Shown piece by piece: positions 31,326-40,800 of a stretch of DNA of 44,010 bases. The stretch covers positions 124,001 to 168,010 of the forward strand of contig MEDY01000015.1 of the NCBI GenBank assembly GCA_001724265.1. Direction: 5' to 3'. A program made the translations under genes and the position numbers. Each line of letters starts with the position of its first letter. Position 1 is the stretch's first letter. Under the pieces are notes generated by a model. It was not told the DNA's origin. It did not search any database and was given only the letters and a program-made list of their open reading frames with translations. This stretch comes from Rhizaria sp. SCN 62-66. Lineage: Eukaryota.

Positions 31326-33367
31326 TCACCGGAGCGAGAGCATGTCCTTAAGCTGGAGCTTCATCTTGATCTTGGTCACCTCAGCCTGCGGCGTCTTCTG
31401 CAGCTCGGGCGCGAACACATTGTACCCAGCCGCCTTGAGCCTGTCCAAGTACATCTCCGCGGCCGAGATCGACAGCATGTGGCGCCGCAGCTCCTTGGGC
31501 AGTTTCGCGGTCTCCGCCCGGGCCATGGCCAGCTGCTCCTCTGCGATGTTACAGATCTGCTCCACGGCTGCCGTCAGCTGAGCGCGGGTCTCGGCCGCAG
31601 CGGTCGCCTCGGCGAGCTCGGCCGCGGAGGCAGCACTTTGGCGACCGTGGGCAGCGGAGTGACCGTGAGCAGCGGAGTGGCCGCCGCCGCCGTGGTTGTG
31701 GCTGCAAGCAATCCCACCGTGACTGTGCGACACTGCAGCGCTGGCGCTGCTGCTGGTGTTATTAGACACAGTGTTACTCGCAGAGTTGTTGCTAGAGGTA
31801 GTGTTCGAGTTCGAGTTAGAGTTTGAGCCAAAGATCGACCTCACCTTGCCCCACATACCCGCATCGCCACTACTACTACTATTCATCGCATGCTGCTGCT
31901 GCTGTTGCTGCTGCTGCTGTTGGCGGCCCAGCTCCATGTCCCGCTGGTGCTCACGCGCCTCGCTGCGGCCCTGCTCCGCGCGCAGCCGCAGCAGCGCCGC
32001 GTCCACAAGGTTGCTGCCCACCGTCTCGGCAGTGGCGTACCGGCCCTCGCCGGTATCGCGGCCAACGTTAGTCATACTCTGCGCATTGGCACCGGCGCCA
32101 GCGCTGTTGCTGCCTACAGTCGTCGTCTTGAGCCCGCCTGAGGAGCTGTGATTGCTGTGGGCGTGAGTACTGCGGGAACCCGCGCTGCCCACGGTCATGC
32201 CCACGGTCGCGCTCTCCGCGAGGTCGAGGAACGGCTCCAGTTCGCGCGCCTGGATGCCCTGGACGGACCCCGAGCCGAGCCGCTTGTCGTGCTTGGCCAC
32301 CAGATCCGCGCTCAGTCCCAGCAGCGCGGGGCGGTGCTTGAGCACGCGTTTCGCGGTCAGGTCCCCGTGCTCGGAGAGAACGTCGGCCGGCAGCGCGACC
32401 CAGCCGCGCGAGAGCGTAAACGGCAGCAGCCGCAGCAGGTCGGCCAGTCCCTCGGCGCGGCCCGCCAGCACCGCGGCGGCGTGCGCGGCCGGCGGCAGCC
32501 CGGGCGGGGCGGCGGCGGCGGCGACGGGCAGCGGCGGGGCGAAGCGGTGGCCGACGCGGATCGCTTCGGCCAGCTGCAGAGAGAGGAAGTTGAGCGCGCC
32601 GTAGCTTGCGTCGATGGTGGCCACGGTCTCCGCAAGAGATTCGGGCTGCTGCTGCGCCAGGAGCCCCGCCTCGGCCTCCAGCACGGCCTCCAACAGCGGG
32701 TAATCGATGACGTCGCCGTACTCCTTGGACACCAGGCAGAGAGCGGCCACGACCGGGTGCCGCGGCGGCGGGTCCACCGGCGTGTTCACCGAGACCGCCG
32801 CGGTCACCGCCGCGGTCGCAGGTGCGGTGGCGCTGGCGTTGGCGGCAGTGGGGCGGCCGTGGACGACAGCGCCGCGGATCGAGTGCAGCGCGGATCGCCA
32901 CCACTGCAGACGCACCAGCCCCACCTGCGGGTTGTCAACCTTCTCCGCGATAGAGCGGACTTCGGCCGAGAGCGCGCGGAGGGCCGCCGCCACGGCGCGG
33001 TCGCGCGGCGGCAGGACGGAGAGCGACGGGTGCAAGAAGGGGAGCTTGTGGCGCACTTGCTCGTTGCAGTATGGAATGCAGTCCTCGATTTCGTTGGCAA
33101 CGCTGAGTAGAATACAAAAATGAACAAAGTTTGAAATGAGCGGGTGAAATTTAAGTTACTACTGAGCGGGAAAAAACTGTAGAAAAGACCAGCGAAGCAG
33201 CTCACGAGAAACGGCCGTCGTTGTGCATTGCGCAAACGCAAGTCAGCCAGCAGATGGCGGTACACGAACCTGGAAGACTGAAGGCGGACCGGAGCGAGGG
33301 CAGGGGCAGCGCTTGCAGTGCGGCGCATGGCGCGCGCCAAAGTAGCGGTAACACGGCCACGAAGCAT
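31326..33367 (-). CDS. NDUFAF6: Complex I assembly factor NDUFAF6 (squalene/phytoene synthase-like) with a large low-complexity insertion (~624 aa, 2 exons)
   Basis: Exons 33367-33270 and 33102-31326. The donor is GTTCGT; an in-frame alternative GTACCG lies 6 nt further on. Presequence MLRGRVTATLARAMRR. Motifs YCNEQVR, ALRALSAEVRSI..VGLVRLQWWR, PPRHPVV and YLDRLKAAGYNVFAPEL. Ends in TGA. Confidence 0.88.
31643..31678. repeat. Two-copy 18-nt tandem repeat encoding HSAAHG
   Basis: GACCGTGGGCAGCGGAGT followed by GACCGTGAGCAGCGGAGT. Confidence 0.85.
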
Positions 33368-33826
33368 CTTAGCGCAAGTAAAAAGCTGCTGCGCGGACGA
33401 GGTGAAGTTCACTCGAGTGCAAGTTGCGGGAGTGCGGGCGGCGAAGGACTGGTGGGCGAGGCGGAGATAGTGTGTTTGAAAGAAGTTGATCGTCAGCGAG
33501 TCTGAAATATCGATTTGAAGCGTTTTACCGATTGAATATGTATAATACTAAAATGTATAGTTCTAAGTGCGTCATTCTTGTGAGGTATGGATGTTTTTGA
33601 TAGTGCGGCACCTGGGTTAACCACAGCTGTTTACCCAGTCCTCCACCCTCTTCGAGCTCATCGCTTAAAATATGATATGGAGATCTAAATGTTGCATTCG
33701 TATGCTACCTGGTAGGATTTAACTCCTATCCTGTTGCCATGTACTCATAACCTGTTTGTATCCCGCGATATCCGAACAAATCTTCATAGCCAGCGTTCCC
33801 ACCACAAACGCACTCCTCCTTGCGTA
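33368..33826. promoter_or_regulatory. Probable bidirectional promoter region between NDUFAF6 and RTCA
   Basis: Divergent ATGs are about 460 nt apart with an AT-rich core. No element was assigned. Confidence 0.45.
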
Positions 33827-36421
33827 ATGTCTGCCCCGACCCCCCGCGCGCTCTCCAAGCGCCTCCCGCCGCTGCGCATCGACGGCTCACTGCTTGAGGG
33901 CGGCGGCCAGGTCCTTCGCAACGGCTTCGCCCTGAGCGCGCTCACCGGCCGCGGACTGACGGTGCATTCTATCCGCGCGTCCCGGCCCCGCGGCGGCGGA
34001 CTCGCGGCGCAGCATCTGGGCGGCATCGAGCTCTGTGCAAGGGTGGATACGGGCAGCAAACTTGACGGCGCCCTGCTTAAGTCCACGGTGGTTACGTTCA
34101 CTCCAAGTGTCGTCAGCAACAACAGCAACAGCATCGGTGGTGATGATGATTCTGTTGCTGTTGCTGCGGCGGCTGTGGCTCAGGCCAAGACCGCAACCTC
34201 CACTCCCGAGGACGAGACTAATGACTCCGAGACGAAGAACATCACCACTGTCCAGCAACAGGAACAACTGGCGCAGCTGCAGTGGCGGTGGGCCAAGGCG
34301 CTTGACGACAGCACTCAGGCCCCTCTTCCCCCAAACACACTCGCACTACACAACGTACTCAGTGCATCAACCAGCACCACAAACAGCTCAACACAGTCAG
34401 CGGCACAGTCAAAGGCGCAGTCGACTGAGTCGCAGTGGTCATCAGCGACGCCTCCCGTGGGTTTCCCAGTGTGTTTGATCAACACAGCGGGCGCGGCTGC
34501 GCTGGTGCTGCAGCTGATCCTGCCTGTGCTGATGTACTTACCGGTACCCACGGTGCTCACAGTCACTGGCGGGACACACGTGCCGTTCTCACCCCCCGTC
34601 GACTACATCAGGCAAGTGTTGCTTCCAGTGCTGAACAAGCTTCTCACTGGCTTCAGTACTAACAACATCAACAACAGCAACAAGGATAGCCGTGTCCAGT
34701 CTGCGAAGAGTGCACCTATGCGTGAGCTCGTGCAGTTGTCCGTGCTTCGTCGTGGATTCATGCCGAACGGCGGCGGCATCTGTCAGCTCTCTGTAGTTCC
34801 CACCCCTCTCTGGCCCGCTAACCCCGCCCGCAGTCACTCTGCTCTGACTGGTACTGCTGACACTGCTGCTGATGACGGTCACGTGAGTGCTACCCACTGT
34901 CAATCGCCAGCGCTGCCTGCGTTCGACTTGACCACGGTCGGTCTGCCGACAACTCTCGAGCTTATTGTTACACTGCCTACGAACATCCTAACTGCATACA
35001 ACAAGAGCACCAGCAGCAAAGCCAGCAACGACGCGAGCCAGAGGTACGGCGAAAACGGCGCCGTCGCTGTGGTGGCCGATGCGTTCAGCAGTGCCTGGGC
35101 GGAGGCTGCCGCCGCGCGTGTCAAGGCGTACGAGCAGAGCAAGACTGGACAGAGCCAGAAGGCGAAGTACTCAGAGGGCCCATTTGCTGACGTTGACGCT
35201 GCCGGTGTGTCTAAATTGCAATATCTCAAGGCGCTGACCGCGTTGAAGCCAGTCATCGTGCTTGACGCTGTCGCTACCGTTGAGGCTGCTGAAGCCGAGT
35301 CACATGCGGCGAAGTCTGGATATAAGGGTAAGCCGCCTGTCGCGAGCGATGTTAAGCCGGGCCACGGCTTCCTGCTGGCGACTGTGGGCACTGACACTGG
35401 CTGCCGTCTGGCGGTATCAGAGCTGTTTCAGCAATCCGGCGGCGGCGGCGGCGGCAGTAGCAGCAAGGGTCACGGAGGCGGCAACAGCCACAACAATCGC
35501 AACAAGGGTCCTGCTGACAAGAATGCTAGCAGCAACAACAACCAGAATACCAACAATAATAACAACCGCAAGAACAACAACGCGAAGGATAGTCAGGCCG
35601 AGATTGCTAAGCCTAACACTAAGTCTGCGCACACCGCAACTGCGACCTCAGCAGCCGCTAAAGCAAACACTGCAGCGATGACGCCAGTCCCGACTGCACC
35701 TGCGCCGGATAGTAACCCGGCGCTGGCGGGGTATATCACCATCGCGCGCGCCGCGGCGCGGCAGCTGAGCGCTCTGCTGTCGCTGCGCGTGTGCGCCGAC
35801 TGGCACTTGCAAGACCAGCTGATCGTCTTCGCCGCGCTCGCCGAGGGCCGGTCGCGGGTCCTGGTCGGGGATGGGAAGCGATACAGCCGCAGCCGGGGCG
35901 GACGGGAGGCGATCGCGAAGGATAAAGCTGCCGCAACGGCTGCGCTGGCTCAGTGTGTGAGTGACGGCAAGCAGTGTGTTGATGGCAACAGCAAGAGCAC
36001 AAGCAGCAATGACTCTACTGACAAGGAGACTGATGTTGCAGCCGGCAACAAGGATGCAGCTGAGGGCGGCGATGCGAGCACCGAGGTGTTGCAGAGTGCG
36101 ATGTGCGCGTATCTGCGCCACTTCTCGTGCGGCGAGCCCGGCGAGCACCGCAGCGTGTTTGACAAGAGCCACGACGACGCCAGCAGCAAGGGCCCGGCTA
36201 AGGGGGTACTTAGCGCGGGTAAGGGCCCGCTGGAGCTGCACACGGTCACGGCGATGCTGTGGGCCAGCGTGCTGCTGGGTGTCGACTGGGACATCGAGGA
36301 GGAGGAGGAGGAGGACGACGATGACCGTGAGCAGGGTCAGGGTGGAGATAAGGTGTGGTATACGGGCCGGGCCGTGGTGACCGTGAAGGGCGCTGGGCAC
36401 CGCAGTCGCTGGGTCATGTAA
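33827..36421 (+). CDS. RTCA: RNA 3'-terminal phosphate cyclase with long insertions (864 aa, intronless)
   Basis: Motifs IDGSLLEGGGQVLR, IRASRPRGGGLAAQHL, TAGAAALVLQ, GGTHVPFSPPVDYI, RRGFMPNGGG, HLQDQLIVFAALAEG and LELHTVTA. The last carries the adenylated His, which points to RtcA rather than Rcl1. Ends in TAA. Confidence 0.9.
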   Translation: MSAPTPRALSKRLPPLRIDGSLLEGGGQVLRNGFALSALTGRGLTVHSIRASRPRGGGLAAQHLGGIELCARVDTGSKLDGALLKSTVVTFTPSVVSNNSNSIGGDDDSVAVAAAAVAQAKTATSTPEDETNDSETKNITTVQQQEQLAQLQWRWAKALDDSTQAPLPPNTLALHNVLSASTSTTNSSTQSAAQSKAQSTESQWSSATPPVGFPVCLINTAGAAALVLQLILPVLMYLPVPTVLTVTGGTHVPFSPPVDYIRQVLLPVLNKLLTGFSTNNINNSNKDSRVQSAKSAPMRELVQLSVLRRGFMPNGGGICQLSVVPTPLWPANPARSHSALTGTADTAADDGHVSATHCQSPALPAFDLTTVGLPTTLELIVTLPTNILTAYNKSTSSKASNDASQRYGENGAVAVVADAFSSAWAEAAAARVKAYEQSKTGQSQKAKYSEGPFADVDAAGVSKLQYLKALTALKPVIVLDAVATVEAAEAESHAAKSGYKGKPPVASDVKPGHGFLLATVGTDTGCRLAVSELFQQSGGGGGGSSSKGHGGGNSHNNRNKGPADKNASSNNNQNTNNNNNRKNNNAKDSQAEIAKPNTKSAHTATATSAAAKANTAAMTPVPTAPAPDSNPALAGYITIARAAARQLSALLSLRVCADWHLQDQLIVFAALAEGRSRVLVGDGKRYSRSRGGREAIAKDKAAATAALAQCVSDGKQCVDGNSKSTSSNDSTDKETDVAAGNKDAAEGGDASTEVLQSAMCAYLRHFSCGEPGEHRSVFDKSHDDASSKGPAKGVLSAGKGPLELHTVTAMLWASVLLGVDWDIEEEEEEDDDDREQGQGGDKVWYTGRAVVTVKGAGHRSRWVM

Positions 36422-36829
36422 GCTTTCTAGTTACGCTAATTAGTCAAGTCCCAGTGGAGGTAGAAAAGTCTGAATCGAATCAATACAAAGTGATTAATGC
36501 ATTATGCTCAGAGACTAAAGGACAAAGGGAACGTAACGAGGAAAAGGTGTAAACAGGTTTGTATTAACTCTGTATTCAGCGATGAAGCACTCGTACCGCA
36601 ACACTAACTGAGTGATACGTGCTAGAACCGACCAGTTGTCATAGTGGCGATATGCGGGCACTCATGACAGACTCGGTTCAACCAACCAACGATTGACAAG
36701 ACTTAACAGTCATCGCAACCGTTTTCAAACAACGGCGACGGCGACTCAACAATGACCTTAACTCCCCAAGCCCACTCACGCGGCGATCACGCGGCGTTCA
36801 CGCAAACAGCGCAGCGACACAACGCGCAC

Positions 36830-37402
36830 TTACGCGATGACGGGCTTCTCGGCGTTGAGCTTGGCAATGTAGTCGGGGCGCGTGGTCTCGATGATGCGCT
36901 TGTAGAGGGAGCCGAGCGTGCCCTTGCTGAGGTACTTGTCCTCGGTGTCCTCGGCCACGTTCGTCACGAGCGCGTCGTACGACTTCATGGCGGTGTCACT
37001 CGAGAACTGGCAGTTAGCGCAGCCCTGGGGCGCCTTGGCGGGGTTCATCGCCTCGCGGAGCTTCTCCAGCGAGTTGAGCTTGACCTCGCGGCGGGTGTTG
37101 GCCCACTCGTTCCACGACTTGTCGAAGGTCGTCTTGTCGTTCAGCTCCTCGAGGCGGTCGTGCAGGAGCGCCTTGACCTTCTTGTCGTGCCACAGGGGCT
37201 TCTCGCGGGTGTCCTTGAGACCGAAGGCGTCCTTGCGGATGCGCTTGAAGACCTTGGCGTCCTTCTTCACGTCCCACTGCTTGTCGATCTTGGCGAATTG
37301 GTGAGACGCGCCGTTGTTCGCAACGGGGTTCACATCGCCCGCCAGGGCGACACACACGAAGATAACCGCGAAAACACAGATCGAAAGGATCGAGCTGCGC
37401 AT
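36830..37402 (-). CDS. Small secreted, charged Lys-rich protein with a CxxC motif, unknown function (190 aa)
   Basis: Signal-like N-terminus MRSSILSICVFAVIFVCVALAG, very strong C/G-ending codon bias, and CANC. Ends in TAA. Confidence 0.8.
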   Translation of the reverse strand: MRSSILSICVFAVIFVCVALAGDVNPVANNGASHQFAKIDKQWDVKKDAKVFKRIRKDAFGLKDTREKPLWHDKKVKALLHDRLEELNDKTTFDKSWNEWANTRREVKLNSLEKLREAMNPAKAPQGCANCQFSSDTAMKSYDALVTNVAEDTEDKYLSKGTLGSLYKRIIETTRPDYIAKLNAEKPVIA

Positions 37403-37886
37403 TAGGCTACCTGGAAAACGCAAAGAAAATGACAGGATTAGGGGCGAGAGAAAGGAGCAGGCACCACACAGAGAAAAGGGTGAGACTTGGCCACTTCAAT
37501 GACGTCAAAATAGGGGTAAAATCCGTCATGACAGAATGCCATTAGAACATGATATGTAAAAGCTTAGTTGAAATATATGTTATATATGGCATTATCATAA
37601 CACGCGTTCTTAGCCCTCCACAGGCAATTTAAGGTGGTCTTCAAGGAGGGCAAAACGGTAAATGATTTAATCTTTTTGCAGAACCGTCTTGCCGTCCGGC
37701 TCGCAGACTGAGAGGCTTAGGGACATCTGACATGCAAAAAACACCAGAAGACAAAATGAAGTAATATTGTTTATTGCGACTTGCATTGTCAACTATAGTC
37801 ATGTAGGCTATGTAAGTATAAGTATATCTCCAGGTATCGGTTATCATCTCAAAGTGAAAGCAAGTCGTGATGCAGTCGTTCGCTGA

Positions 37887-40800
37887 TCACTTACTGCTCG
37901 CGTTACTCGCCTCAGCCATCATCTTTACGTGCTGCTGCAGCGCAAACACCCTCGTCTCCTTCATCCCCGGCGTGAGCGCGCGCATCGCCTTGGCCCTGGG
38001 ATCCCCGATCTGCACCGCCGGCAGCGCCGCACGCAGCACTCGCGCGTGGTCCTCCTCGTCGACTGCGCGGCCCAGCGTGCGCGCCGCGGCCTTGCGCCGG
38101 TGCACGCCCGTGCCGAAGGGAAACAGCACCGCGCCCGCGGGCACCACAGGCACCAGCAGCGCCGCGGGGTTCGTGTACTGCATCTGGTTCTGACCGTGAC
38201 CGTGACCGAACCCGTTAGCACGAGCTCCAGAGTCGTGTTGTTGCTGTTGCTGTTGTTGTTGTGCTGAGATGGAGCTGCGCACAGTCGCCTGCAGCACGCT
38301 GCGCGGGTCGCGCGCGCTGAGCCCGCCGCCACACGTCTCCGCGCCCCACCGGGCCGCCGAATTGGCGGTAGTCGCAGTAACAGCAGAGGCTGCATCAGCA
38401 CCCCCGCCTCCACGAGCTCCGCTACCGTGATAACCGCTGGCGCTGGAGCCGATGTTCGCAGCCTCGGCCGCCGACGCCGCCGCGCTCGCGCTCGCGCTCG
38501 CCGCGGCCGCCGCGCTGGCCACGGCCGCCGCGGCGACGACAGCGGCGGCGGGCGCGCGCGCGCTCTCCCTGGCAGGATCCCAGCCCGCCGCGCGCGCGAC
38601 GGCCAGCGGAAGCAGCGGGTGTGCGGCCTGGACCAGCCGCACCTGGTGGCCCTGGAGCCGGCGCACCGTAACGGCGCCCGCCGCGTACTCGCTGTCGCGC
38701 GCGCGGGCGGCCGCGATGTCGGTGTCGATGGCCTCCCAGCCGTGTTCCCAGCCGCCGCCGCCGCTATCAGCGTCGAAGCCGCTGTGACTGGTGGATAGCG
38801 AGTTGGCGTCGTTGGGCGGAGTGGGGCGGGAGAGTGCGAGGGCGGCGGTAAGGAGGCCGCGGGCTGAGGGGGGCGCGACGACCACTGTCGGGCCTGCGGC
38901 CACAACGGCGGTGCTCCCATTCGCGGCGGCAGCGGTGTCAGAGGTTGAGTGCGAGTCGAGGGAGACGGCGGCCGCGGCGGCAGCGGCGGCAGGAAGCGTC
39001 CTGAGCAGTTGAGCAGAGGCAGGAGACTGCGATTGTTGGTTGGCAGCGGCACCGCTCGCGCCCGCGCCTGCGTTGGACTGGACTCGGAAGCAGGACGAGA
39101 GCGATGACGGCACCCTCGCAACCGCAGCGGAGCGCTCTAAGGCGTGCGCACGCAGTGTCGATTGCGCCAGAGTCGACAAGGGCACCGCCCCCGCCGACTC
39201 GGCGACGCGGTTGCTCGCGTCACCGCTCGCACTCCTCGCGGACACACTGGATGTATGAGAGAGGCCACCGGCTCTCGGGGCCAAGAGCAGGAGCCGGGCC
39301 CGCAGAGGGTCGGACGCGGGCAGGCCCTTGAGGACACCATCGAGCTCGGCGACCGAGACTGACAGCGGCGCCAACTGCACCGGCGGCCCGCCCGCGTCAA
39401 TAACACTGACGCCGATGTTTCCGCCGGCGTTGGCGTTGCTTTGGCCGGTCGAGGTGTAGGGGCGCGCGGCCTGCAGCAGCGCAGAGTTGAGCTGCTCCGT
39501 GGTCAGCGTAGCCTTGACGCTGGCGGGCAGCGCGGCGAGCGAGGGCGCGGACGGGTACGGTGCCACGGTCACCCAGCCGGGGGTCGAGTCGGCGGACAAA
39601 GACGACGCGAGCACGGCCGCGGCGCCGGCGCGCGCGGTCGCGGAGCCGCCGCGAGCGCTCGCGCTGCCGCCTGCGCTGGAGCTGCCGGGGCCGCCGACGT
39701 TGACCCCGGTGTTGAGAGTCGAAGAGTAGCCGTTTGAAGAACAGATGTTGTTGCCGGCGTGCTTTGCATGGTGTGGGGGCGCCAAAATAGACTGGATGGA
39801 GCGCACCGCAACAGGTGTGAAGCTATGACTCGTACTTGTCACAGAAGCGTTGGGGCTGGGGACAGCCGTATTGCGCTTACCCTGCGCAGTTGTCCCGGGC
39901 CTAGATAAGGTGTTATGTCCCACGGTCTGAGGGCGCCTTGTTGTTGTCGCAAGTGATTTGGGCGAATGCGCGGCAGTGAGCGACTGTTCAAGCGCAGAAT
40001 AGTCAACCTCGCCCGCAGCGTAGTCCACATCAAACACGCCCACGTGCTCACAGTCATCCATATCATCGTAGTCGCCATCCCCGCCCTCGCCAGCGTTCGC
40101 GAGCCCGCCGCCTCTCCCGTCCTGTTGCGTGTCCTGCACGTTTGCCATCCGCGCCAGCGCACGCATGCGGCCCCGGCGTACGACGTTGCCGGCCGCGACA
40201 AGGCTTCTCTCGCGCTCGCGCAAAAAGTCCCGCAGCCGCACGGCGCGCGCCGCCGCAGCCTCGCGCGACGCCGCCGCGAAGATGGCCGACGAGTCGAACC
40301 CGTCCCCCACGTCCGCGGTCACTGCCGCAGCCGCAGAGCTGGAGCTTGAGGCCGATACAGCGGCGTCGGGCCCGCCAGGCACGAGGGGCGCGGCGGCGCG
40401 GCGGCGCGCGGCGGCGTCGGGCGCCAGCGCGGACCGCGGCGCGAGCAGCGCGCGCGGCGGACGGGCGACGTCGTGTGCCAGCACGGGCACAGCGGCCCGC
40501 AGGGACGCCGCGGTGGCGCCGGCGACGCTTACGCTCACCGCGGGGGGCGCCGGTGGCACATCGTTGCGGTGGACCACGCTGCCGCTGTGACCGCTGTGCG
40601 CAGCCTGGCTCTGGCGGGCTTGGCTGTGGTTGGCGGCCGCAGCGGCGGCGGCGGCGACGACGGCACCGCCGTACCGCTGGGTCACCGCAGCAAGCGAGGC
40701 CGCGGGGCCCGTCGTCGTCGCGGCGGCCGCGGCGGCCGCGGCGGCGTCAGCGGTCAGGGCGGGGCCCGTGGACGGGGCCGCGACGGATATGGTGGCGCCG

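Noticed and set aside
31326-33367. Phytoene/squalene synthase call
   Set aside because: The DxxxD catalytic motifs are absent. The presequence and the GLVRLQWWR block fit NDUFAF6.
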